A DNA stretch of 64,000 bases from Octopus sinensis. Lineage: Eukaryota. Below, in pieces: positions 49,407 to 62,057 of this stretch (its first letter is position 1; each line of letters starts with the position of its first letter). The notes under the pieces are model-generated. The model ran no database searches, was not told the DNA's origin, and saw nothing but the letters and a program-made list of their open reading frames with translations. The translations under genes were made by a program, and so were the position numbers. The stretch is from positions 18,476,001 through 18,540,000 of the forward strand of contig NC_043024.1 of assembly GCF_006345805.1 (NCBI RefSeq), given 5' to 3'.

Positions 49407-49744
49407 ATATACATGTATATAACTACATGACTGTAAAAAAGAAGGGGAAAAGAGAAAGCTTATTACAAAAACTGGAATGCATTCTGTCATGTTATAGGAA
49501 GCCTAAAACTTCACAAAATGTTATTCAGAATTTTATTTGTGATCAATCTTCTGGCGAAAATAAAGGCAAACGGGATATTAAGAAGATATTTTCAGGCAGC
49601 GATAAGGCATTAATCAACACAAATATTGAATAATGATTGGTGGAAGTTTAACCAATAGTTTATTGGAAATAAAGAGGAAGAATGTTGGGTAAATTGTTAC
49701 AAGTTTTAAAGTAAATATAAAGCATGCCAAGAGAAAATAACATA

Positions 49745-49767
49745 TATAGATATGTGTGTGTGTATGT

Positions 49768-49816
<49 letters not shown>

Positions 49817-49872
49817 TATCTATCTATCTATCTGTCTGTCTATATATATATGTATGTATATATATATGTATG

Positions 49873-49906
<34 letters not shown>

Positions 49907-49939
49907 ATAAGGTCTATATATATATATATATATAATATA

Positions 49940-49981
<42 letters not shown>

Positions 49982-50071
49982 CATATGCATATAATATGCA
50001 TGTACATATATATAAAGGAATAAATGAATGGAGGCAAGGATGGAGGAGAAAAAAGGGACAAGAAAAAGAAG

Positions 50072-50103
<32 letters not shown>

Positions 50104-50289
50104 AAGAAGAAGAGAAGAAGGAAGAAGAAGAAGAAGAAGAAAGAAAAGAGAAGAAGAGAAGAAGAAGAAGAAGAAGAAGAAGAAGAGAAGAAGAAGAAGA
50201 TGAGAAGAAGAAAAATGAGAAGAAGAAGAAAAAAAATAAGAAGTTGAAGAAAAATAATAATAATAATAATAATAATGATGATGATGATA

Positions 50290-50325
<36 letters not shown>

Positions 50326-50737
50326 ATGATGATAATAATAATAATAATAAGAAGAAGAAGAAGAAGAAGGAGGAGGAGAAGAAGAAAAAGAAGGAGGAGA
50401 AGGAGGAGGAGAAGAAGAAGAAGAAGAAGAATGAGAAGAAGAAGAAGAAGAAGAAGAAGAAAAATCAATAGTTGAAAAAGAAGTGAATAACAGCAACAAA
50501 AACATCAGTACAAACAATAACAACAACAACATTGATAATAAAAATAACAACAATAATACTGATATCAATAAAACTGAGAGAAGCATTAAAACATTATCCT
50601 GGAGAAATATATGAAGCCAAACAATTTGCAAGAAAAATATATGGCTGGTCATAAAAATGTGTTAAAAAATATAAAACTGTCAGCCAGTCACTGCATGTCT
50701 ATGTGTGTGTGGATATATGTATGTATGTATGTATATA

Positions 50738-50788
<51 letters not shown>

Positions 50789-51026
50789 CATCAGTCCGTC
50801 TATTTATCTACCTATCTATCTATATATCTACCTACCTATCTATCGATATATATACCTACCTACCTCTCTATCTATCTATCTATCTACATATCTATCTATC
50901 TATCTACCTATCTATCTATCTATTAGATATCTATCTATATATATATATATATATATATATATCTATCTATCTATCTATATATATATATATCTATCTACCT
51001 ACCTATCTATCTATCAATCTATCATC

Positions 51027-51110
<84 letters not shown>

Positions 51111-51700
51111 TACATACACAAACACACATGTATATCTCTTTCTCTCTCCTTCTCTCTCTCTATATATATATTTATATATATGGTACATATTTAATATACA
51201 TGCTTACACACATACATATATATATATATAAACACACAGACACATATATATATATTTACACATATGTACATACACACACACACACACACACACAAACACC
51301 CTACACCTCTTACCCATATCAATAGATAGAGAGGTAGATAGATATAGTTAGATACAGACAGGTCGATAAGCTGATAAATACAGATACATACATAGAAATA
51401 CAAACATGCAATAATCATGAATATATGTGTGTGTGTATGCGTGTGAATAAGGCAAATGTGTGTGTGTGTGAATAAGTGTCTTTGTGTGTGCATGTTTCTG
51501 TTGTCTATATATGCAACTGTGTGTGTCTGTCTTTGTATGTGCGTGTCTTTGTATATGTGTCTTTGTCTTTGTATGTGTGTGTGTGTGTGAATGTATGTGT
51601 TTCTGTGTGTGTGTGCACACGTGTGTGTATATGTGTGAGTATATGTAGATGCATAGAAATATTGACTTTCTTGCCCATATCACAGCTTCATACAGAGATA
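49745..51700. repeat. Compound microsatellite field (TG, TA, AAG, AAT/GAT, TATC, CA)
   Basis: Direct reading. Confidence 0.95.
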
Positions 51701-51906
51701 AATTTCAACAAATTATGACAATCCTAACGATATTTATATAATCATACAAGAGTGGGTTGCGGGGCGGATCCACAGGCTTTTATTTTCACAGTATGTTTAT
51801 ATATGTGGTTATATGTTTATCAAATATATTTCTACATGATTTCATGTTCATATTTATTTAAAGGCGCACTGGCTTCGTACTGTTGATATTAATACAATAT
51901 AATGAA

Positions 51907-52520
51907 GGCACATGGCTCAGTGGTTAGAGCGTCGAGCTTACGATTGTGAGGTGGTTGTGAGTTCGATTCCTGGAGCGAGATGCGTGTTGTGTTCTTTAGC
52001 AAGACACTTTATTACACATTGCTCCAGTTCACTCAGCTGTAGAAATGAGTTGCGACATCACTGATGCCAAGCTGTATTGGTCCCTTTGCCTTTCCCTTCG
52101 GTAACATCAGTGGTGTGGAGTGGCAAGGCTGGTATGCATGGGCAGCTCTTTCTCTTTTCTCTTTTACTTGTTTCAGTTATTTGACAGTGGCCATGCTGGA
52201 GCACCGCCTTTAGTCGAGCAACTCGACCCCGGGACTTATTCTTTGTAAGCCCAGTACTTATTCTATTTGCCGAACCACTAAGTGACGGGGACGTAAACAT
52301 ACCAGCATCGGTTGTCAAACGATGTTGGGGAGACACACACAGACACACAAACACATACACACACACATACAACTCGGAACCATGTTGTTGGTAAGCAAGC
52401 TACTTACCACACAGCCACTCCTGCGCCTTCCATAAACAATTTTGCCTGGACTTGTGCCTGGGAGGGTAACTTTCTAGGTGTAATCTCATGGTCTGTGTCA
52501 TGACTGAAGGGGGTCTCCCA
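51907..52520 (+). mobile_element. SINE family D interrupted by an internally deleted antisense family A SINE (52146-52433)
   Basis: D body resumes at ttccataaacaa after the A copy. Confidence 0.85.
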
Positions 52521-52789
52521 TATTAAAAATAGTAATGATGCACACACATACACACACACACACACATATAGGTAGGTGTATATGCGCAAAACACTGTGTA
52601 AAAAATAGTACTTGAATATCAAGGGTAGAGTAATACACTTTACAATAAAAGCTGCAAAATATTCTCAGAACTCTTACTCTGAGTTTCACATTCCCATTTG
52701 AACAGGTTTGATATTCATCAAAACTGCATCAAAACTATATATAAATATATGTGTGTATGTGTGTGTGTGTGTGTGTGTGTGCGTGTGTG

Positions 52790-53010
52790 TGTTTATGTGT
52801 TTTTGTATTTGAAAAGGGTGTTAAAGAAAAAGAAGGAAAGGGAGAAGGCGAGAAAGAAGAAACAATTTTTTGTTGATATCTTTGCAGCTGGTCAGTCTGT
52901 CAATAATAAGCGATTCTTGGCCAAGAATCAACAAAAAATTTTTCTTCTTTCTCTCCTTCTTTCTTTCCTTCTTTTTCTTTAACATTCCTTTCAGATACAA
53001 ACACACACAC
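52790..53010. repeat. Purine/pyrimidine-skewed fold-back (~90-bp arms, ~50-bp loop)
   Basis: gttaaagaaaaagaaggaaag...aattttttgttgat / atcaacaaaaaatt...ctttccttctttttctttaac. Confidence 0.75.
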
Positions 53011-53135
53011 ACATACATATGCTCTCTCTAACTTGCTCCTCATTCCTCACCCACTTGTACTATCTTATATCTCTCCCCACTCCTACACACTCAATAATAC
53101 TATAAAAAGAGTCAAAATTTCTGCAAAAGTTCAAT

Positions 53136-53166
53136 TTGAAGATTCCTAGAGTGGACGAAAGCGCTA
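53136..53166 (+). ncRNA. Degenerate minimal hammerhead
   Basis: uUGAAGA uucc uagagu ggac GAAA GCGC U A; palindromic AGCGCU; C3>U; stem I poor. Confidence 0.45.
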
Positions 53167-53906
53167 ATATATGATATATGATTTATAAAAACATGTAACA
53201 TACTAATAAATATCTGTAAATATAAAACCATCCAGATTTCTGAGTACCTCATTTCTTCTAAGATATATGTATATATATATATATATACATACACACAACT
53301 TACTTGGAAGAGGATCCATGGCAAACAATCATATAATAATATAAATAAATAATATATATAGATATATATATATATATATATATATAGGCATATATACATA
53401 CGTGTATGTACATACTTACATGTATACGTATTATAATATATATATATATATATATAGCGTATGTGGGCACAGGACGTCACAAAATGTGTACAACAAAAAA
53501 TATGAAGTATGAGTACATGGAATATGAGCTATTTTTTCATACAACAAAAGACACAAATGGAAAACAAGACAAACAACATAAAGAACGACCCTTCATCAGT
53601 TGTTGGCTGATGATGGGCTTCTTTCAGTTTCAATTTACCAAACCCACTTACAAGGTTTTGGCCAGCCAGGGGCTATAGTAAAAGACATTTGTCTGAGGTG
53701 CCACACAGTGGGACTGAACCTGGAACTACATACGTATGTACGTATGTATGTAGCTGAGTAAACTGGAGCAATGGGAAATAAAGTGTCTTACTCGAGAACA
53801 CAAGAGATAGCCTAGTTAGGGAATCGAACTCAGTACTTCATGATTGTGAGCTCAATGTTCTAATCACTGAGCCATGTGCTTTCATTTGTGTGTGTATATA
53901 TATACA

Positions 53907-53942
<36 letters not shown>

Positions 53943-54049
53943 TGTATGTATGTATGTATGTATGTATGCACATGTATGTATGTATGTATGTATGTATGTA
54001 TCTATCTGTCTGTGTGTCTGTGTGTCTGTCTGTCTGTCTATATATATAT

Positions 54050-54435
54050 CTTTTACTCTTTTACTTGTTTCAGTCATTTGATTGCGGCCATGCTGGAGCA
54101 CCGCCTTTAGTCGTGAAAATCGACCCCAGGACTTATTCTTTGTAAGCCTAGTACTTATTCTATCGGGCTCTTTTGCTGAACCACTAAGTTACATGGACAT
54201 GAACACACCAGCATCGGTTGTCAAGTGATGTTGGGGGGACAAGCACAGACACACAAACACAAATATATATATACATATACACGACAGGCTTCTTTCAGTT
54301 TCCGTCTACCAAATCCACTTTGGTCGACCCGAGGCTATAGTAGAAGACACTTGCCCAAAGTGCCATGCAGTGGGACTGAACCCAGAACCATGTGGCTGGT
54401 AAGCAAGCTACTTACCACACAGCCACTCCTGCACC
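54050..54435 (-). mobile_element. SINE family A, full length
   Basis: Reverse complement of family A. Confidence 0.9.
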
Positions 54436-54443
54436 TACATATA

Positions 54444-54525
54444 TACCACAAATCCTCGAGTACAATCCGCATTTTTTCCCCAAAATTTAAAGGTCAAAAT
54501 CCCTAGTGCATACTATATACGATGT
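54444..54525 (+). mobile_element. pogo/Tc2-like DNA transposon end
   Basis: TA-ccacaaatcctcgagtacaatccgca terminal motif. Confidence 0.45.
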
Positions 54526-55289
54526 TAAACATGAAACATATTTTCTAAGCAATGTCCGAGTCTGTATTTGCTGTCCAGCAATGTTTATTGAGACACGTTT
54601 TGTGTCGAAGATTTATGGTATGCATATATGTGTATATCATTCAACCACGGTAGTGGTTGAATATATTCTTTAGTCCACCATTTTTCAATCACAACAGCTT
54701 CAAAACTTCACCACTAATTCAGTTCTCAACTAAATTGCAAACTGTTATTAGTTTTAAAGAGGACACCTCCTCAGCTACACTTTGGCATCAATAGTTTGCG
54801 CTTTGGTTCTGTAGAAAAAAGTTACATCAAAATATTTGAGGTCTAAAGGTGGGCAATAAGGCACCTATTCATCTTCGATTAACATAATTTAAAAAAAAAT
54901 AAAAGTATACTTTTCTTAGGCTTAAATGATAGAAAAATGCATGAGGAATTCAGAATCATTAGTTGCATTGAACAAATTCCCAAGCAATAATGTTAAGGTA
55001 GGAATATATTTCTAAAATGAATGGCTCTGCTCTAATGCAGTGAGTTGGCAGAAATGTTAGCTAGCTGGGTGAAACACTTACTGGCATTTTGCCTGTCTTT
55101 TTGTCAACCTTACCTTTCATATATTTTATTTTTTAAATAAAATTATTTTCAATATGCTGTTAATTTAGGGTAAGTTTAACTTTTATTATTAATTATCTCT
55201 TTCAGTTTTAATTAACTTGCTTTCTGCTTTTTTTGGATTATTTTTTTTAATTGCTTCCTTTTCTTTTTAGTTAATTATTTAATCAGGCT

Positions 55290-55740
55290 AGTTCATTAAT
55301 GTGTTATATGCTTCTGATACTCGTATCTAAATTTATTGGGGCATTTTTGGTTGTGTCTCTATGGGCAGACCTGAAGGCACGTAGTAAGGCTGTCCAGAAA
55401 AGGCATTGGTTAAAAGTGCTTATATTCTAAATTTACTTTTTAAATTTCAAAATTAATTAAAGGGATTTTTCATAAATCAAATTTATATTAATAGGATGTA
55501 GGTAATTTTAACTTGTGTATATCTGATATGCTTTTATAATTACTGTTGTATTGAATAATTATTGATAGATCTAGATTAGCAACAACTCAAAATCTAGGTT
55601 ACTTAAGGTGGGCCTGGTAGCTGATGGTTTTGGGATCTTGTTGTTTGTAACTTTTGGTAAGCCATGGTGCATCCAACAAGAGGGTAAAATTCCCTGACAT
55701 TAGTTTGGTGTGGATGGGTAATATCAAGTAATTCAATCAC
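55290..55740 (-). mobile_element. PLE reverse-transcriptase relic
   Basis: HGLPKVTNNKIPKPSATRPTLSN (cf. YGLPKVHK...RPI.S) and TNAFSGQPYYVPSGLPIET (cf. N.F.F.G..Y.Q..G.PMG). Confidence 0.55.
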
Positions 55741-55871
55741 AACATATATTTAAATTAAACATGAAAGAAAAGTGAAATATTATCTTTCAGTATTTTATAA
55801 GTTAAAATCTTAAATTATTAATTGACACATTATTAATTATCTTATAACAGCAATACCTGGAAAAATCATGG

Positions 55872-56363
55872 ATTACATGGAAAAATGCAAGCATGAAAAG
55901 TAATATTCTTAAGATTATAAACTTGGAAAAGTACGGGACAAGTTATTACACCTGTAAAAGTATAAGACAAGCTATTAATTCTAGTAAAGTAAAGAATAAG
56001 AAAGTTTTTACTTAAAATATTGCAGCTAAAATTAAGATTTGAATATTAAAAATTATTTTACTATGGTTTACAAATAACACTATACTTATTTAAGTAGAAT
56101 TTGGTTAATTTACTACCTTAAATACAGAAAAAAGTGATTAATTGGACAAACTTACAAATTAGCTGAACGGTTTTGTACAATAAATTTAAAAGATGAGAAC
56201 TGTAAAGAGTGATAAATTAGAAGAACTGGCATTCGTTGCTGCAATATTTTAAGTAAAAAGTTTCTTATTCTTTACTTTACTAGAAGTAATAACTTGTCCT
56301 GTACTTTTCCAGGTTTATAATCTTAAGAATATTACTTTGCATGCTTGCATTTTTTCATGTAAT
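55872..56363. repeat. Inverted repeat (55872-56026 / 56238-56363) adjacent to the PLE RT relic
   Basis: Arms read directly; the left arm carries an extra ~30-bp diverged duplication. Confidence 0.85.
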
Positions 56364-56979
56364 ATATATATATATATATATATAACCATGTATCTCCAAT
56401 ATTTTTTATAAAGCTTGAGGCTTATTCTATCAGTCCCTTTTACTAAACTTAACCTAACCAGGTTTGTGGCATTTCGCTATTTACATTCTGAGTTCAAACA
56501 TGTGGTGTGTTCTTCAGCAAAACTCTTCTCCTTACATTGCTCTGTCATCGTTTTGACACCTGATATATGTACCTGTACAAGCAACGTTGACTTGATGGAG
56601 GAACTGAGCTAATGAACAGCATGAATATTTCATAACCATAAACAAAACATCCATGCAGGTTGGACTACAATAACCTACAATCATTATTAACTTGACCAAG
56701 TCATTAACCACAATGGAACAACTGTAGAAAAAACATTATGGTTATGGAAACGTCTATATTTATTCTACCTATATTCTGAGTTCAAATTCCATTGGGATCA
56801 TCCTCTTGGTGGTTGATAAGATAAAATATAATTCAAATTGAAGATTCATTTTAATCAATTAAGCTCTACTCACAAAATCTGTAACCTTGTGTTTATACTA
56901 CCACTTAGAATTATTATGGCCAAATCGTTGATCTCAACAAAACAGCTGTAGAAAAGTCTTGTACAAAACAAACACAAAA

Positions 56980-57110
56980 TACGAGGGGTGTTCAATAAGT
57001 AATGCCCCTAAACCCCTTCCCATAGCAGTAGAGCAACGAAACTTGGCACAGTTATTGGTCTTTTTCTACATAGGAACATAATAAAAACATAACGATTTCG
57101 TAATTTTTTT
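56980..57110 (+). mobile_element. mariner-like terminal fragment
   Basis: TAcgaggggtgttcaataagtaatgc terminal motif. Confidence 0.55.
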
Positions 57111-57503
57111 TTAGTAACTAGTTTTATTTTAAATTTTTTGCAGAAGAGGTGATACCTTTGTTTTATTTTTTATCTTTGTAAAGACCACAATGATATCATG
57201 GAACATAAAACAAACAAACAACCAAACAAACACACAATAGCCAAAACAGAGAGTCACAAACAAATAGCCTTGATGTTGTTTGTTGTTGTTACGTAAATAG
57301 TTGTTGCATACATTAGTAACTTTTGATATCATCATCATCATCATCATCATCATCAGTAGCTTCATTGTTATTATTTGAGATGGATATATTTCTTTCATCA
57401 AATACTTCCGAAACTTTTTCCGGCAGCATATAAATATGTGTGTATGGTGTGTATGGATATATTTTTATATATGTATGTGTGTATGTATGCATAAATACAT
57501 ATG

Positions 57504-57536
<33 letters not shown>

Positions 57537-57562
57537 ATATATATATATATTATATATATATA

Positions 57563-57640
<78 letters not shown>

Positions 57641-58413
57641 ACATATTATATATATATACATATATATATACACATACATACATATATATTTATATATATA
57701 TACACATACATACATATATATTTATATATATATACACATACACAACTATATATATATATATATACACACACACATGCATATATGCTATATATAGCATTTG
57801 TCATAGCAACCAGACATACACTATTCAACTGAGAGTATATAAACATGTAGATGTGTGTGGGTGTGTGTGTGTTTGTACTTATACATATACATACATATGT
57901 ACAAAAATATGATATATATATTTGTGTGTGTGTGTGTGCACATATGTATGATTTACTTTCTTCTTTTTGTTTTTTTTTCTCATTATCACAAAGTCTTCAT
58001 CTTCAGGAATGTCAGCTCTTCATTTTTAAGAATTCCGATATCAAATCATTGATTGGTCAACCAAAACAGATATAAAGTGGCCCTTTGTCAGAACGAGATT
58101 CTGAAAAGGTCGGGTTTCTACTTCAAATGGTTTTTAATTCCTTCTGTTTGCCTGCTTTAAAGACTTTTCGTGTTTACATCCTATTCTTTTTTTTTTTTTT
58201 TTGTATTTTTGTTTATTTGATGGGTAGCTGACTTAATTCTCTTTCTGTTTTTCTTTTTCTTTTTTTTTTTTGGCTTTGGTCTTATTCCGAATACAATGCT
58301 AAACACTTGGGAATTTTTTTTGGTCTGAGAGTTTAAAGAGTTTTCTATATTAGAAGAAGTGTGAGTGTTTTATTGTTAGTGTACACGTGTATGTGAAGGA
58401 AAGGTAAACATAA

Positions 58414-58444
<31 letters not shown>

Positions 58445-58755
58445 AAGGGTGTATGTTTGTGTGTGTGCTTCAGTATGTGTCCATATGTGGCTATCATTTC
58501 ATTGTTTATGCATAAAGTATATCCCATATGTATATATGTATATATTCATATATATGTGTGTGTATGTGTGTGTGTGTGTGTGTATGTGTGCTTGTCTTTG
58601 TAGGTATTAGTGTATGGTTTCTATTACTGTCTGAGTGTCTACAAACATACACACATGCACATACACACATATATATATATATACGTATTTAAATACATAT
58701 ATATATACATACATATTTATATATATATATATAAATATACACATATATACGTATA

Positions 58756-58976
58756 TACAAGTGGGTGCTGAAGGGTTCTTGGCTTTGGATAAAAGAAAGT
58801 AAAGGAGAATCAGTTGATTATGATTTTATTCAACATATTCCTTTCTCAAACCAACACATTTATTGCAGCGGTCCTTCAGCTTTTCAAAGCTCTGTAAAAG
58901 AACTCAGAAAGTAGGGCCTTCAACCAGGCCTTTCATGATACTCTTAAAGTCAGAAACTTTTCAGCACCTCCTCATA
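58756..58976. mobile_element. mariner-derived MITE
   Basis: TIRs tacaagtgggtgctgaagggttcttggcttt / aaagtcagaaacttttcagcacctcctcata; TA flanks. Confidence 0.75.
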
Positions 58977-59135
58977 TATATGTGTGTGTATGTGTGTGTG
59001 TGTTTAAAAATCAATAAGTAACTATTGATGGACAGGTGTCAATTATTCGTTCAGCCATTTCTAACAAATTTTTTAATTGATCAACCAAGTACCTCAAACT
59101 TAAAAACCTTATCCAACTGAATCTTGTCATATTAT

Positions 59136-59173
<38 letters not shown>

Positions 59174-59491
59174 GTATATATGTATATGTATATGTATATA
59201 TTATATGTAGAAAAATACAAACTGGGACAAGAACGTAAAACATTTAGAAGATGATACAAAAAAGAAAAATTTATATGGATAGTAAGCAGATCCACTCACA
59301 AGGCTTTGGTCAGCCCAAGGCTATAGTTGAAGACACTTGCCCAAGGTATCATAGAGTGGAACCTACACCTGGAACATTGTGGTTGGAAAATAAACTTCTT
59401 ACCACACAGTTATTTCAATACATATATCATGTAATTATATATATGTATATATATATATATATATATGTATACAGATATATATATATATATA

Positions 59492-59524
<33 letters not shown>

Positions 59525-59525
<1 letters not shown>

Positions 59526-59937
59526 TGTTTTTACCATTATTGTTTTTGTATTTTATATTCGTGTGGCATCGTCCGTTTTTCTGTCCCTGTTTCGTATACA
59601 TTCGATCCTTCTTCCAAGAAATCTAATGCTCGTAGCTTAGTTTTTCCTTGGGGCTGGCCGGATTGAAGCGATCTCAAGATTAATCAACCGAAATTGCTAG
59701 GATGATCCGGTTCTTGACTGAAGATCGAAGCCTTCGATCTTCAGTCAAGAACCGGATCATCCTAGCAATTTCGGTTGATTAATCTTGAGATCGCTTCAAT
59801 CCGGCCAGCCCCAAGGAAAAACTAAGCTACGAGCATTAGATTTCTTGGAAGAAGGATCGAATGTATACGAAACAGGGACAGAAAAACGGACGATGCCACA
59901 CGAATATAAAATACAAAAACAATAATGGTAAAAACAG
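59525..59937. repeat. Perfect palindrome: 206-bp arms, 1-nt spacer (59731)
   Basis: Arms identical base for base; CTGAAGA box at 59718-59724, 7 nt from the axis. Confidence 0.95.
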
Positions 59938-59941
59938 GATG

Positions 59942-59974
<33 letters not shown>

Positions 59975-60009
59975 CATCTGTATACATATATATATATATA
60001 TATATATAT

Positions 60010-60010
<1 letters not shown>

Positions 60011-60043
<33 letters not shown>

Positions 60044-61772
60044 CTAGTTTCAGCTTATGAGCTGTGGCCATGCTGGGGCACCGCCATTTGGTGTTGCTAC
60101 TTGGTTTCACTTCATGGAGGCTTTCTAGCAACTGCTATTTGGTGCATGAGAGAGTTCGATGCAGCTGCCCTCATCTGCCCCTCCTGCCGTGAAGTTGGTT
60201 CATCTGGGACAGCTGACAGGAAGAGATCCAGCTTCATTTTAAAGACATCTGTATCCACCCCATGCAGATCTCTCAGGTTTTTCGGGAGGATATTGAAGAG
60301 CTGTGGGCCTCGGAAGCCCAGGCTATCACAGAATCTTGTCCTACATCTTGATGGCAGGTTTGGAGTCCTAGGCACCACGCAGTGGCGCCCAGTTCTGGCA
60401 TTTGCGTAACTCTCGATGCCAAAGTTCAGGACACTTCCCTCCAGGATCTTCCAGATGTATATTATGGCATATCTTTCCCGCCTACGCTCCAGGGAATATA
60501 ATTTTAATCTCTTGAGTCTTTCCCAGTAGCTTACATTCTGCATAGAGGCTATCTTCTTTGTGTAGCTTCGTTGGATCGCCTCAAGTTCTGTGATCAACTT
60601 GACACTGGATGGTGACCATAGCTGAGAGCAATAGTCAAAGTGGCTTAGGACAAGTGTCTTCCAGAGGACCATCATGGTTTCTTGTTCTCTTGTTCTAAAG
60701 GTTCTAAGAATCCATCCAGCCAGCCGTCTACATTTCATTGTCAGTTTAGCAACATGTACATGAAAGGTCGCGTCATCACTCATGTGAATACCCAGGTCAC
60801 GCACTGATTGTGCCTCTGGGATTGCAATCCCTCCGGGTCCAGTGTATTCATTGGGTATTGCATTCAGTTTTGCATGCTGATAGTATAAAGCTTGAAACTT
60901 TCCAGCATTGAACTGCATGCTATTCTTTTCAGCCCACTTGTATATTTCGTCCAGCTCACATTGCAGGTGTTTAGTGTCCTCAGGGTTCTGTATTGCCTGT
61001 GAAACTTTTGTATCATCTGCATAACTTGTGATCGTGGCTCTCTGCGTGGCTGAGGGCATGTCTGAGAGGGCCATTATGAACAGTAGTGGTCCCAGAACAG
61101 TGCCCTGCGGAACACCGCTCACTATTTGTGTGTTAATGGAGGTGGCCCCATTGGCTACTACCACCTGACTTCTATCCTTCAGAAAGTCATGAAGCCATTC
61201 TCCCAGTTTTCCAACTATGTTGAGATCACGCAGTTTGTGACATATCATTCCATGATCGACTTTATCAAAGGCCTTTGCAAAGTCGAGATATATCACTTCC
61301 ACATTTGAGTGGTTGAGCAGCCGTTTCAGCACCCAGTCATAGTATTGTAGGAGCTGAGTTAAACAGCTTCTCCCTGGTCGGAAACCATGTTGGGTGTCGG
61401 GCAGCAAGTCATTCTCTTCAAGGAAGGTGATCAGCTTCCTTCTGACTATTCGTTCCATGACCTTGCTGATGTGTGAGGTCAGAGAGATAGGTCTATAGTT
61501 CTTGGCTTCCGCTCTGCTACCTCCTTTATGAATGGGGCATATTTTACCTTCCTTCAGTTTTCCTGGAAGTTTGCCAGCTGCAAGGAAGCTCTGAAAGAGG
61601 AACTGCAGTGGTCTTGCTAGGACTCTCTTACATGCTTTTAGGAGGATTGCCGGGAATCCATCGGGGCCAGTAGCTGAGTCTGTTTTCATTTCATCTATAG
61701 CCTTGGTTACATCGTCTTCCTTTATATCGATGTAATCTATCGTCGCCGCCTCTGATTTTATATCTGCAGTGG
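60011..61772 (-). mobile_element. Young 5'-truncated CR1-group LINE with (AATC)n tail
   Basis: Uninterrupted RT frame, short 3' UTR with stem-loop, tetranucleotide tail 60011-60043. Confidence 0.95.
60112..61689 (-). CDS. LINE ORF2 reverse-transcriptase domain and C-terminus (5'-truncated; frame open to ~61770; no endonuclease)
   Basis: GPDG, NYRPISLTS, QHGFRPGRSC, YLDFAKAFDKVDH, SGVPQGTVLGPLLF, YADDTK, DYCSQLWSP. Confidence 0.9.
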   Translation of the reverse strand: MKTDSATGPDGFPAILLKACKRVLARPLQFLFQSFLAAGKLPGKLKEGKICPIHKGGSRAEAKNYRPISLTSHISKVMERIVRRKLITFLEENDLLPDTQHGFRPGRSCLTQLLQYYDWVLKRLLNHSNVEVIYLDFAKAFDKVDHGMICHKLRDLNIVGKLGEWLHDFLKDRSQVVVANGATSINTQIVSGVPQGTVLGPLLFIMALSDMPSATQRATITSYADDTKVSQAIQNPEDTKHLQCELDEIYKWAEKNSMQFNAGKFQALYYQHAKLNAIPNEYTGPGGIAIPEAQSVRDLGIHMSDDATFHVHVAKLTMKCRRLAGWILRTFRTREQETMMVLWKTLVLSHFDYCSQLWSPSSVKLITELEAIQRSYTKKIASMQNVSYWERLKRLKLYSLERRRERYAIIYIWKILEGSVLNFGIESYANARTGRHCVVPRTPNLPSRCRTRFCDSLGFRGPQLFNILPKNLRDLHGVDTDVFKMKLDLFLSAVPDEPTSRQEGQMRAAASNSLMHQIAVARKPP

Positions 61773-61940
61773 TATATATACATATAATAATAAATATTAG
61801 GGAATAAATCCAAATTTACAGGGAAAAAAAATCAGATTTAGGATTAAATCCAATTTTATAGTAAAATATTATATAATATTAATTATATAAGTCTTTCCTT
61901 GTTTGTTTTGCAAAATAGTGGTTTTGTCTCTAATTAATAT

Positions 61941-61992
<52 letters not shown>

Positions 61993-61996
61993 TATA

Positions 61997-62057
<61 letters not shown>

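Noticed and set aside
49427-49633. 68-aa ORF MTVKKKGKRES...
   Set aside because: Short, no motif, and no splice or promoter support
53585-53612. CTGATGA box on the minus strand as a hammerhead
   Set aside because: No matching stem II, GAAA or NUH downstream
59650-59712. Hammerhead within the palindrome arm (ccgga TTGAAGC...GAAA...tccgg)
   Set aside because: Two core mismatches, no proper stem II closure, and no NUH before the stem I partner
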